A stretch of 41,547 nucleotides of DNA from a virus (lineage: Duplodnaviria > Heunggongvirae > Uroviricota > Caudoviricetes). A model generated the notes under the pieces. That model searched no databases and was not told where the DNA came from. It saw only the letters and a program-made list of their open reading frames with translations. The DNA lies in IMG/VR virus record IMGVR_UViG_3300028833_002727; one strand, given 5' to 3'. Position numbers and translations under genes: made by a program. Positions 1 through 8,422 of this stretch are shown piece by piece. Every line of letters starts with the position of its first letter. The first letter of the stretch is position 1.

Positions 1-2
1 CG

Positions 3-626
3 AATAACAAGCCCGCAATCACATTGATTTGTATTGGTTTATTTATTCAGTTGCTATATCTCATGCAACCATCAAGTAACTTATTGTGGTATGATACAGT
101 ATCATTCACTAGTGGGTTTCTTGGTGTGTTTGCTGTTGTCTTGTGTTCAAACAGAAAACTAATCTCATATGCGTTTGGTATTGCACAAATACTTACATTC
201 CTTGTGATTGTTTGGCATGATGCCTTGTACGCGAAAATTGCTGAAAACATATTCTACCTTATTACTATGATTGTTGGTGTTTTCATTTGGAATAACCACT
301 ATGACGATGATAAGGTTGAGACAAAGCGTTTAAGCAATAAAATGTTAATTATCCTAATCACGGTAACTACAGTATTGTCGTTTATTATTGGGTATGGACT
401 TAGTTTCACGAACGACACACACCCATATATTGATGCCTTTACCACATTACCAGCCTTTGTTGCACAAATTTTGATGATACTGCGTTACCGTGAGCAATGG
501 ATATTCTGGATATTGATTGATGTCGGTTGTATTGGACTATGGATGGCTGTTGATAATAACGCAATGATAGCACAATACATGTTCTGGACTATCAATTGTG
601 TTTACGGTTGGAAAAATTGGAAGTAA
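3..626 (+). CDS. pnuC: Nicotinamide riboside transporter PnuC (5'-truncated by the window edge)
   Basis: Multi-pass hydrophobic protein with PnuC-like segments (PYIDAFTT, AQILM..RYREQWIFWILID, YGWKNWK). The frame is open back to base 3, so the true start lies upstream of the window. Confidence 0.9.
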   Translation, partial: NNKPAITLICIGLFIQLLYLMQPSSNLLWYDTVSFTSGFLGVFAVVLCSNRKLISYAFGIAQILTFLVIVWHDALYAKIAENIFYLITMIVGVFIWNNHYDDDKVETKRLSNKMLIILITVTTVLSFIIGYGLSFTNDTHPYIDAFTTLPAFVAQILMILRYREQWIFWILIDVGCIGLWMAVDNNAMIAQYMFWTINCVYGWKNWK

Positions 627-627
627 T

Positions 628-792
628 ATGAGACTTTGGGAAAAACTATACCGCAACGGTATCAAGACAAAAAAAGATTTAGATAGAGCGATTGTTTCAC
701 TCCACAGATGTAAGAATATGTCTAAGGAAGAACGCGAAAGTGAGGAATGGGCACTAATTCTTAACTGGAACTATAATAACGGATATATTTAA
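628..792 (+). CDS. Hypothetical protein (54 aa)
   Basis: ATG at 628 one base after the pnuC stop (TAATATG); start revised from the ORF track. Confidence 0.6.
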   Translation: MRLWEKLYRNGIKTKKDLDRAIVSLHRCKNMSKEERESEEWALILNWNYNNGYI

Positions 793-807
793 AAAAATTC
801 GTTATTT

Positions 808-841
808 TTTGGTTATTTGAAATAATTGTATTATCTTTGCA
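808..841 (+). promoter_or_regulatory. Bacteroidota primary-sigma promoter (-33 TTTG / -7 TAnnTTTG)
   Basis: TTTG 808-811, 20-nt spacer, TATCTTTG 832-839; full site TTTGGTTATTTGAAA...TATCTTTGCA. Confidence 0.85.
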
Positions 842-866
842 GTGGATTTAACAAAAATATAAGAAT

Positions 867-1025
867 ATGATTACAACTTTTTACCAAATTACAGTGGAGG
901 CTATGCCAGGGGCATATCGTCCAGAATTCGTTAAAGATTTACGTGCGATTTCTCGTGAATGTAAATATTGTACAGTAAAGGGAATTTTTAATGAAGAAGA
1001 AATAATAGTCAAAAATAATGAGTAA
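867..1025 (+). CDS. Small hypothetical protein (52 aa), first gene after the promoter; absent from the ORF track
   Basis: ATG 867 to TAA 1025 (MITTFYQITVEAMPGAYRPEFV...), overlapping the start of the next gene. Confidence 0.6.
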   Translation: MITTFYQITVEAMPGAYRPEFVKDLRAISRECKYCTVKGIFNEEEIIVKNNE

Positions 1026-2055
1026 TTTAATCAAGTGTCCCGAACCGATTACGGGAATTACAAAAAAGTGGAAAGTCTTTTTGGCTGGCCCAATACAAGG
1101 TGCACCAGATTGGCAATCCAAATTACCTGAAATTGAAAATGTGGTATATTTATCTCCGCGTAGAGAGTCATACCCAGTACCTAATTTCAATTATAATGAG
1201 CAGGTTGAGTGGGAAACGCAAGCATTGCGTTCAGCAAATATTGTTTTAGTTTGGATACCGAAAGAGGACGAGAGCATTGCAGGACGTTCCTATGCACAAA
1301 CTACGCGTTTCGAAGTGGGTGAAAATATGGCACGCGGTAAAAACATCATTCTTGGTATTGATGAATCATTCCCTGGGCGCCGCTATTTTGAATACAAAGC
1401 AAAAAAGTACGGTGTACTTGGTGACAAAGTATTTTCAACACTTGAAGAGTGTGTAGAACAGTTGAAAAAATGTGTTGAGATACGAACACAAAATCCAAGA
1501 ACCTATTTTACTTCGGATACTCATTTCTCCTCAGAGCGTGCGTTAACGTTATCTATGCGCCCGTTTAAGACAATTGAAGAAATGGACTGGACGATGATTG
1601 AGCGTTGGAATAACACGGTTATGCCATGTGATACTGTTTGGCATCTTGGCGATTTCGGTGAGAACTGGCCGTTGGGTTATCTATCTGGTAACATCAAATT
1701 CCTTAATGGAAACTATGAGCGTGAGGGTAAATCTACTATTGACAGGACTTTAGTTGAGGTTATTGGCAATGAAGCAACAATTGATCTCAATAGCAAAGTT
1801 TATTACTTATCACATGAGCCAGAGAGATGCAGACGCGTTATTAACTGGCACGAAAATAAACAAAAATTCCAGGTTGGACAATACAGGGTATTTGCTTTGT
1901 ATGGGCACATACATGGACGTCAACGAATTAAACCGTTTGGTATGGATGTAGGTGTTGATTGTAGTAATTTTACGCCCGTAAGTATGAATGAGGTAGCATT
2001 CTATAGGGATGCTGTAGAGAAAGGTTTTTACGACGAAAACGTTTGGGTGCAATAA
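1018..2055 (+). CDS. Fusion of a nucleoside 2-deoxyribosyltransferase-like (N-glycosidase fold) domain and a calcineurin-like phosphoesterase
   Basis: N-terminus VFLAGPI..DWQ..SPRR..EQVEWE..TRFEVG; C-terminus FTSDTHF, HLGDF, GNYE, HGHIHG-type motif (YGHIHG). Confidence 0.8.
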   Translation: MSNLIKCPEPITGITKKWKVFLAGPIQGAPDWQSKLPEIENVVYLSPRRESYPVPNFNYNEQVEWETQALRSANIVLVWIPKEDESIAGRSYAQTTRFEVGENMARGKNIILGIDESFPGRRYFEYKAKKYGVLGDKVFSTLEECVEQLKKCVEIRTQNPRTYFTSDTHFSSERALTLSMRPFKTIEEMDWTMIERWNNTVMPCDTVWHLGDFGENWPLGYLSGNIKFLNGNYEREGKSTIDRTLVEVIGNEATIDLNSKVYYLSHEPERCRRVINWHENKQKFQVGQYRVFALYGHIHGRQRIKPFGMDVGVDCSNFTPVSMNEVAFYRDAVEKGFYDENVWVQ

Positions 2056-2056
2056 C

Positions 2057-2932
2057 ATGGGAAAGTGGGTTAATTATAACGTAAACATATGCGATAATAT
2101 CTTCAACGATTTGGAAATACATTTCACAAAGGCTTGTGAGAATAACTGTCCATTTTGTATTGATAAGTTAAACGCTGGTATTGACGAATCCGCAAAACCT
2201 AACGTCAACGCTATTTTTACCACAATATTGGTATATAGCAATAAATTTGATGAAATAGGTATTGCTGGTGGAGAACCGTGTTTATACTTGGACGAGTTGC
2301 ATGAATTGTGTACACTGATTAAAAAGTACTTTCCGACTAAAAAACTGACACTGATTACATCAATACCCGAAATTTGTTTTACGAAAAAAGATACATTTTA
2401 CAAAGTACTTGAGTTGTGTGATTACGTTACAATTAGCCCACAGCACCATAATCAAGAAATAGCAGACAAAATACGTGGACGTAAATCTGGATTTGATAGA
2501 GAAGAGTTTTACAAAAATCTACCACACAAGGAAAAGATTAGTATTACAATCAATCTCATCAAAAACTATCTCGACACGTTGGATGACGTGAAAACATGTT
2601 TGTTGTACTACAATAAACTTGGTTTCAACAAAATTAAACTATGCGAGTTATCCCAACGCCCAACCATGTTCGTTAATCTTGAGGAAATTCTTGGGATTAA
2701 GTTGAAATCACCGTTTGCAAGTGGATGTGTGACAAAAAACTACAACACAAGTGAATGGTTACCTGAATTTAATGGTACATTGACATTGAAACGAACTTGT
2801 TTCTACAATAACTGCTTGCGCAAGGCTAATTTGTGGGATTTGTTGAAAGCAGGTACACGGTGGTTGTTTAGGAAAAAATATTTTTTCGGAGTCATCTATG
2901 GCAATGGTAATATTTACAAGTATTGGAAATAA
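2057..2932 (+). CDS. Radical SAM enzyme
   Basis: CxxxCxxC (CENNCPFC) and GGEP motifs. Confidence 0.9.
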   Translation: MGKWVNYNVNICDNIFNDLEIHFTKACENNCPFCIDKLNAGIDESAKPNVNAIFTTILVYSNKFDEIGIAGGEPCLYLDELHELCTLIKKYFPTKKLTLITSIPEICFTKKDTFYKVLELCDYVTISPQHHNQEIADKIRGRKSGFDREEFYKNLPHKEKISITINLIKNYLDTLDDVKTCLLYYNKLGFNKIKLCELSQRPTMFVNLEEILGIKLKSPFASGCVTKNYNTSEWLPEFNGTLTLKRTCFYNNCLRKANLWDLLKAGTRWLFRKKYFFGVIYGNGNIYKYWK

Positions 2933-3396
2933 TGCGTATATTTAAGAAAAATGGCGAAATTATGAATGATAGGATAACAAAAATTTCGAAAAAATTAGGT
3001 GACTACTTTGCAAAAAAGTTTAAAGATGGTGATAACACACTATTTGCTGAACTTTCTGAAACTGCAATTGATGGATTTATTGAGGAAATCAAAAAAGATA
3101 ATCCAGTTTTAGCCGCGTGGGTATCAGAATGGAAAGACAAAAACCTGAAAGAAACAAAAAAGAAAACAGAAACAACTTATATTTACTCTGGTAGTTGTGA
3201 TGATGATTTGGGTGGCGGATGTTACACTACTACAAAACGTAAAAAGAAAAAGAGTAGTGGCGGTTGCTATGGTAGCGATGATGGTGGCTGTGGAATAAGT
3301 TCAAGTAGTTATTCAGGCGGATGCGGAAGTTCGTCAAGCAGCACTTATGGTGGCTGTGGTAGTTCATCAAGCAGTAGTAGTTATGGAGGGTGTTAA
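2932..3396 (+). CDS. Protein with a Gly/Ser-rich C-terminus containing repeated GGC units; candidate radical SAM substrate
   Basis: ATG 2932 overlaps the rSAM stop (TAATG). The last ~68 aa contain 7 Cys, 6 of them in GGC, and the protein ends in GGC-stop. Confidence 0.75.
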   Translation: MRIFKKNGEIMNDRITKISKKLGDYFAKKFKDGDNTLFAELSETAIDGFIEEIKKDNPVLAAWVSEWKDKNLKETKKKTETTYIYSGSCDDDLGGGCYTTTKRKKKKSSGGCYGSDDGGCGISSSSYSGGCGSSSSSTYGGCGSSSSSSSYGGC

Positions 3397-3398
3397 TT

Positions 3399-3680
3399 AT
3401 GACGATTGAACAAAAACGCAAAATAGTAAGAACCATACTCACTGGTTACTATAATACAAAAGGGTTTTTATTTTACGCGACGTATTTGTGGCACTCCAAA
3501 TATAACTATTGCGTGTTCTATAGTCCGACAATGCATAAATATTACAAACACGTTAAGGGGTTAACGTTTATGTCGGATTATCAAGCAAGTGGAATTGGGG
3601 TATTATCATTTACCTCACGTGTAATAACTCTGACATACAAAGATTTAGGAATGTACAATTTAGAATTAAAAAAAGAATAA
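3399..3680 (+). CDS. Hypothetical protein
   Basis: ATG at 3399 just after the previous stop; fills the gap up to dnaJ. Confidence 0.6.
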   Translation: MTIEQKRKIVRTILTGYYNTKGFLFYATYLWHSKYNYCVFYSPTMHKYYKHVKGLTFMSDYQASGIGVLSFTSRVITLTYKDLGMYNLELKKE

Positions 3681-3681
3681 A

Positions 3682-4836
3682 ATGGCAAACAAAAGGGATT
3701 ACTATGAAGTGTTAGGCGTTGATAAAAACGCAAATTCTGATGCTATTAAAAAGGCATATAGAAAATTAAGTCTAAAATGGCATCCTGACAAGCATGTAAA
3801 TGATTCAGAGAAAGAAAAGAAAGAGGCTGAAGAAAAATTCAAAGAAATTGCTGAAGCATATGCTGTACTCTCAGATGAAAAGAAGAAACAAGAGTATGAT
3901 ACGTATGGTTTCGGCGGCGGTAGTGCAGGTGATTGGGATTTCGGACATATGAATATGGATGACATCTTCAGTCAGTATTCTGATCTTTTTGGCGGTGGAA
4001 TGGGTGGAGGTTTTTCCGCACATGATTGGTTTGGAGGAATGGGTGGTAGTAGACAATACACACCACAAAACCGTCCAAGACAAGGTACGGATTTGAGAAT
4101 CCGACTAACCCTTACCATGTCTGAAACGCTTAGTGGCGTTAAAAAGAAAGTTAAGATTAAACGTTTTGTTAAGTGTGAGCATTGTCATGGTACTGGTAGC
4201 GAAGATGGTACATTAGACACATGTTTGAATTGTGGTGGTACTGGACAAGAAATTAAAACACAACGTACTGCTTTCGGCATATCTCAAGTAATAACTACAT
4301 GTCACGAATGTGGCGGCACTGGTAAAAATGTTCGTGTTAAATGTCACGAGTGCGGTGGCACTGGCTTAGTTGAGAAAGAGGAAATCCTTGAAATTGACAT
4401 TGTTCCAGGTGTAATGGAAGGCACAGTAATCACTATGCCTGGATATGGTAATTTCCCTAACCGTCCAACTGATATTGATGTTGCCGGTACATTGTTGGTT
4501 GTTATTGGTGAAGTTCTTAGCGATGAGTTCACTCATCGTGGAAACGACATTATCTATAACCTCACATTGGATGTACCAACGGCTGCATTGGGCGGAACGG
4601 TTGAAGTGCCTATACCTAATGGAACAAAAAGGAAAATAAACATCAAGCCTGGTACACAGCCTGGTGCAACTCTCCGTCTACGTGATGCAGGTATCCCAAA
4701 AATTGATGGTGCAGGTAATAAAGTTGGATGTGGTGATTATCTCATAGAGATAACTGTGCATATTCCGGAGAATATTACCGACGAAGAGAAAAAACTTTTT
4801 GAAAAACTGAAAAAATTAGAAGATTCCAAAAAATAA
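3682..4836 (+). CDS. dnaJ: Molecular chaperone DnaJ (type I, full length)
   Basis: J domain with HPD, G/F-rich linker, four CxxCxGxG zinc motifs and a C-terminal substrate-binding domain. Confidence 0.97.
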   Translation: MANKRDYYEVLGVDKNANSDAIKKAYRKLSLKWHPDKHVNDSEKEKKEAEEKFKEIAEAYAVLSDEKKKQEYDTYGFGGGSAGDWDFGHMNMDDIFSQYSDLFGGGMGGGFSAHDWFGGMGGSRQYTPQNRPRQGTDLRIRLTLTMSETLSGVKKKVKIKRFVKCEHCHGTGSEDGTLDTCLNCGGTGQEIKTQRTAFGISQVITTCHECGGTGKNVRVKCHECGGTGLVEKEEILEIDIVPGVMEGTVITMPGYGNFPNRPTDIDVAGTLLVVIGEVLSDEFTHRGNDIIYNLTLDVPTAALGGTVEVPIPNGTKRKINIKPGTQPGATLRLRDAGIPKIDGAGNKVGCGDYLIEITVHIPENITDEEKKLFEKLKKLEDSKK

Positions 4837-4838
4837 CC

Positions 4839-4849
4839 GTATATTTATA
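4839..4849 (+). promoter_or_regulatory. Phage motif GTATATTTATA (putative second promoter class)
   Basis: Same motif recurs in several intergenic gaps upstream of starts. Confidence 0.5.
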
Positions 4850-4860
4850 TTGTCTTTTTT

Positions 4861-6231
4861 ATGCAAATTGAATTAACAAAATGTAAATACGGTTGTTTTG
4901 AACGTAAAAGTTTTGATTTTTTCGGTAGTCAAGATGCTACACAATTCATCGTTGAGTATCGTTTCAAACGTACAAAGTCAAAACACTATGGTTTACTTGA
5001 AACACATAAAACATATACAGGTGGCACAATGTGTACCTTAAATGGAGAAATAATGTATAATTTTGGGAAAGATTGTTTAATTACTGGTTATTGCCCAATA
5101 AAAATAACAAATGACAATATGAGTAAACTAGGTGTAACATCAATGGGTTTAAAATGCCCAATTATTAAAAAAGGTGACAATATTGCAGATATTGCTCTTG
5201 AAGTTATTAAAGACTATGTAAAAAATAACGCTTTTGTAATTGACGACAACGATGTACTGTGTATCACGGAATCAATCGTTGCGCGTGCTCAAGGTAATTA
5301 TGTTACAATTGACGATATTGTAAAGTTCTTGGAGGTAAACAATTATAAAAAGAATTTAGTGCTCTATGCGCCAATCATGTCAAGAAACCGTTTCTCAATC
5401 ATCCTGAAAGGTTTCGCACGTTTCGCTAACAATATAGCAATCGTTGTAGAAGATGACTGTGACGAACAGGGTAATCCAACTATGGGTATCAATCAGTTCA
5501 CTGGTGTAGATATTCGTAAATACTATACAGAAATCTGTGAAGCAGAGAATTGTAAATTGACTTGGGTTGATGACTTTGAATATGCTAATCTCTATCCAGA
5601 ATTAGATTACATTGATTGTAAATGTCACCCAGAAAATGAAAATCACGAACACACTGTAGATAACAAATTCTCTTATCTGTATAACATCATGGATAAGTTG
5701 ATTGTTCGTGAAGATGGTACAACTTCTGGTTGGAATGAGAATTACGGAGTTCTTGGTTCAAACAAAGCCGACGAGGAAACATTGAAGTTATTTCCGCGTG
5801 ATTGTAACGAATTATGTGAGGAAATCCAGAAAAAAGTAAAGGATTGGTACAACCATGATATTCACGTTCTCGTATATGGTGATGGATGCTTCAAGGATCC
5901 TGTAGGAGGTATTTGGGAGTTCGCCGACCCTGTAACGTGCCCAGGTTACACCAAAGGACTTGAGGGTACACCAAGCGAGTTGAAACTTAAAGCATTGGCT
6001 GATGGTAAGTTCGGCGCACTAAAAGGTGACGAGTTGAAAGAGGCTATTACCAATGAGATTAAGAATAAAGAGAAGAATTTGGTTGGCTCGATGGCAAGCC
6101 AAGGAACAACACCAAGACGCTACATTGACTTACTTGCTTCATTGGCGGATTTGACATCTGGTAGTGGTGATAAGGGTACGCCTATGGTGTATATTAAGAA
6201 TTATTTCGATAATTATGCCACAGAGAAATAA
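4861..6231 (+). CDS. Coenzyme F420-0:gamma-glutamyl ligase (CofE)-like protein; family core probably starts at 5119
   Basis: GVTSMGLKCPIIKKGD, ITESIVARAQGNY, YGDGCFKDP..IWE.ADP, DLTSGSGDKGTP match the bacterial CofE-like family as recalled. Confidence 0.8.
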   Translation: MQIELTKCKYGCFERKSFDFFGSQDATQFIVEYRFKRTKSKHYGLLETHKTYTGGTMCTLNGEIMYNFGKDCLITGYCPIKITNDNMSKLGVTSMGLKCPIIKKGDNIADIALEVIKDYVKNNAFVIDDNDVLCITESIVARAQGNYVTIDDIVKFLEVNNYKKNLVLYAPIMSRNRFSIILKGFARFANNIAIVVEDDCDEQGNPTMGINQFTGVDIRKYYTEICEAENCKLTWVDDFEYANLYPELDYIDCKCHPENENHEHTVDNKFSYLYNIMDKLIVREDGTTSGWNENYGVLGSNKADEETLKLFPRDCNELCEEIQKKVKDWYNHDIHVLVYGDGCFKDPVGGIWEFADPVTCPGYTKGLEGTPSELKLKALADGKFGALKGDELKEAITNEIKNKEKNLVGSMASQGTTPRRYIDLLASLADLTSGSGDKGTPMVYIKNYFDNYATEK

Positions 6232-6234
6232 TTT

Positions 6235-6735
6235 ATGAGTGCAACAAACAGTTTACATTATCAATTGTGTTGTGAAGGTGCAAAATACCTGTTGCAACCG
6301 AGGGCAAAAGAGGCTTATCAAAGTCAAAACAAGTGGGCTACTGTAGAACTCGTATGCATGGGTGGTGAAATACCTGATGTCTGGGCAACAAATGCTAGTA
6401 CCAGCACTATAATTGAGGTGAAAACCAGTATGTCGGATTTCAGAAGGGACAAGAAAAAATATTACAGGAGTGAACAAGCTGAAAAAACAGGTATGACAGT
6501 CGGTAATTATCGTTATTATCTTGTACCAGAGGAGATGGCTGAAAAAGTTTTAGAAGAAATGCCAGAAGCATGGGGATTGTTAGTCTGGAGTAAAAACAAA
6601 ATAAACCGAATAAAAACCTCATCCTATTTTAATGCCAACAAAGATTGGGACATGTTTATCATATGCTCAATTTTAGGGAGGGAAGTTGGTTTACACAAAG
6701 TGTTTAACTATAGAAAAGAATATAAAGGAGAATAA
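6235..6735 (+). CDS. MmcB-like PD-(D/E)xK nuclease-family protein
   Basis: EIPDV...IIEVKTSMSDFRRDKKK...GNYRYY...WGLL pattern. Confidence 0.6.
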   Translation: MSATNSLHYQLCCEGAKYLLQPRAKEAYQSQNKWATVELVCMGGEIPDVWATNASTSTIIEVKTSMSDFRRDKKKYYRSEQAEKTGMTVGNYRYYLVPEEMAEKVLEEMPEAWGLLVWSKNKINRIKTSSYFNANKDWDMFIICSILGREVGLHKVFNYRKEYKGE

Positions 6736-6739
6736 GAAT

Positions 6740-7204
6740 ATGACAGAACAGGAAATTATACAAAATGCGTTAGATTATGGGGGTTGTTCAAAAGAGTGGT
6801 TCGATGATAAATCTTATATTGGTGAATCAACTGCATATAATGATGCACATGCTTTTTACGATGGTGCCCATAGTCGTGATGAAGAAGTAAACCACTGGAA
6901 AGAATCCTATGAAGAACTTGCGGAAATATCTGATAAGTTGCAGACAGAAAAACAAACATTAATAATAGAAAATGCAAGGTTATCTAATAAATGGATTAAA
7001 TGCAGTGAACAACGCCCTAAAAAACGCGATGGGAAAATTCGTTCAGACGTAGTTTTAGTTACTATTGGACAATGTTGGACTGCCGCAGAATATCATTTTG
7101 GCGATAAACGATGGATAAACTTGCTTGGTGAGAGAGAAACTATTGAACCAGAATACTGGCAAGAAGTTAATTTGCCAGAAGAAATTTTAGAGAAAGGAGA
7201 ATAA
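6740..7204 (+). CDS. Hypothetical protein with a C-terminal DUF551-like domain
   Basis: KWIKCSEQRP...VLV...YWQEVNLP; start revised to ATG 6740. Confidence 0.6.
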   Translation: MTEQEIIQNALDYGGCSKEWFDDKSYIGESTAYNDAHAFYDGAHSRDEEVNHWKESYEELAEISDKLQTEKQTLIIENARLSNKWIKCSEQRPKKRDGKIRSDVVLVTIGQCWTAAEYHFGDKRWINLLGERETIEPEYWQEVNLPEEILEKGE

Positions 7205-7208
7205 GACT

Positions 7209-7373
7209 ATGGAAAACAAACTTACTATTCATTTTAATGGTAAAGTATCATTAGATTTTAAAAAGGTAAATAGAATGTTATCTGAACGCAATAGAAAAAA
7301 TTGTGAAAAGTTTGAACATGCAATAGAAAAGTGGATAGAAAGACAAAATTATGACGGATTATTGAACCATTGA
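7209..7373 (+). CDS. Small hypothetical protein (54 aa), absent from the ORF track
   Basis: ATG 7209 to TGA 7373 fills the intergenic gap. Confidence 0.55.
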   Translation: MENKLTIHFNGKVSLDFKKVNRMLSERNRKNCEKFEHAIEKWIERQNYDGLLNH

Positions 7374-7394
7374 AAATAAAATTATTGAAATAAC

Positions 7395-7598
7395 ATGAAA
7401 GAATACATTACACAAAAAGATTCGATGGAGTTTAATCATCGAGTTATAGTTGAGCGGAAAGCTGGAGACAATGCGTTTTTAACTATTGGTTTTGCCTGGA
7501 ATAATGATGAAGATAAAGACGGAGAACTAAAGAAACACGTAGAAGCAATCATGCAGGCTGATAACGTACATATGTTTTTTATAAAATATAATTCTTAA
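7395..7598 (+). CDS. Hypothetical protein (67 aa)
   Basis: ORF track; co-oriented with an A-rich leader. Confidence 0.6.
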   Translation: MKEYITQKDSMEFNHRVIVERKAGDNAFLTIGFAWNNDEDKDGELKKHVEAIMQADNVHMFFIKYNS

Positions 7599-7656
7599 AT
7601 ATATGGAGATAACAAAAGAAATGCTTAATGAAAAACAGCAAAAATGATTTTATGAT

Positions 7657-7692
7657 ATGAGAAATTTTAAATTTAGAGGAAAAATAAAATAA
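7657..7692 (+). pseudogene. 11-codon remnant resembling a YopX-family N-terminus
   Basis: MRNFKFRGKIK-stop resembles the MREIKFRGK start of YopX proteins. Confidence 0.35.
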
Positions 7693-7697
7693 TCGGT

Positions 7698-8069
7698 ATG
7701 GATAAAAAAGAATTTGTAAAAGGAGAACGTGTCTACGTTCATTCACGTGACACACGGAATAATAGTTATGAAGCAATCGTAACGAGTGTCGGAAAAAAAT
7801 ATATCACATGTAACCAGATATGGGAAAACGGAACAGTATGTGGATATGGTGATAAATTTGATGTAGAATATCTCCGTCGTGTAGATTATGGTTCATTTTA
7901 TCTATATCATAATAAAGAAGAATATGAAGATGAGGCTCGACGTGATACAATTGCAAGGGAATTGAAAGATTCTTTCTCTTACGGAAAATATACTCTTGAA
8001 GAACTCTTGTTATTTAAAGAGATTCATGAGACAGGTATAGAAAAATGGAAAGAAGAACATTATAAATAG
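7698..8069 (+). CDS. Hypothetical protein
   Basis: ORF track, 123 aa. Confidence 0.7.
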   Translation: MDKKEFVKGERVYVHSRDTRNNSYEAIVTSVGKKYITCNQIWENGTVCGYGDKFDVEYLRRVDYGSFYLYHNKEEYEDEARRDTIARELKDSFSYGKYTLEELLLFKEIHETGIEKWKEEHYK

Positions 8070-8257
8070 TGACAGTTATGACAGTGCAAGAATTAATACA
8101 AAAATTAAATGAATTTCCTGGTGAATTTAAGGTAGGTGTTAAAATTCCATATTACGGCCCTGAAGATGAAGTGTATGATATGGAAAGTAATGGAATTGAA
8201 TCTGTTACGGCAGATTATGGCTATAAAGCGGTAAAAATAATTTCAGAAATAATATAA
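8069..8257 (+). CDS. Hypothetical protein (start GTG 8069 or ATG 8078)
   Basis: MTVQELIQKL... start typical of small phage proteins. Confidence 0.65.
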   Translation: MTVMTVQELIQKLNEFPGEFKVGVKIPYYGPEDEVYDMESNGIESVTADYGYKAVKIISEII

Positions 8258-8285
8258 CAGTATATAGATAGAACGCAGAGACTCA

Positions 8286-8372
8286 AAGGAAGTAGGTGAA
8301 AGCCCAGAGGAAAAAGGCTCAGAAAGAGCAAAAAAGAAAGGACAAAATTGAAGCGGAAGCGAAGAAAAAGGC
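8286..8372 (+). pseudogene. Frameshifted partial copy of the gene at 24160-24552
   Basis: 87 bp align to 24238-24323 with 4 substitutions and one 1-bp insertion. Confidence 0.9.
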
Positions 8373-8422
8373 AGATGAAAAATTAATATAGTGACAACAG
8401 TTCAAAAACATTTGAGTTAATT

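Noticed and set aside
3190-3396. Gly/Ser tail as meaningless low-complexity slippage
   Set aside because: Synonymous divergence among the repeats and the fixed GGC spacing argue for selection; kept as a finding instead.
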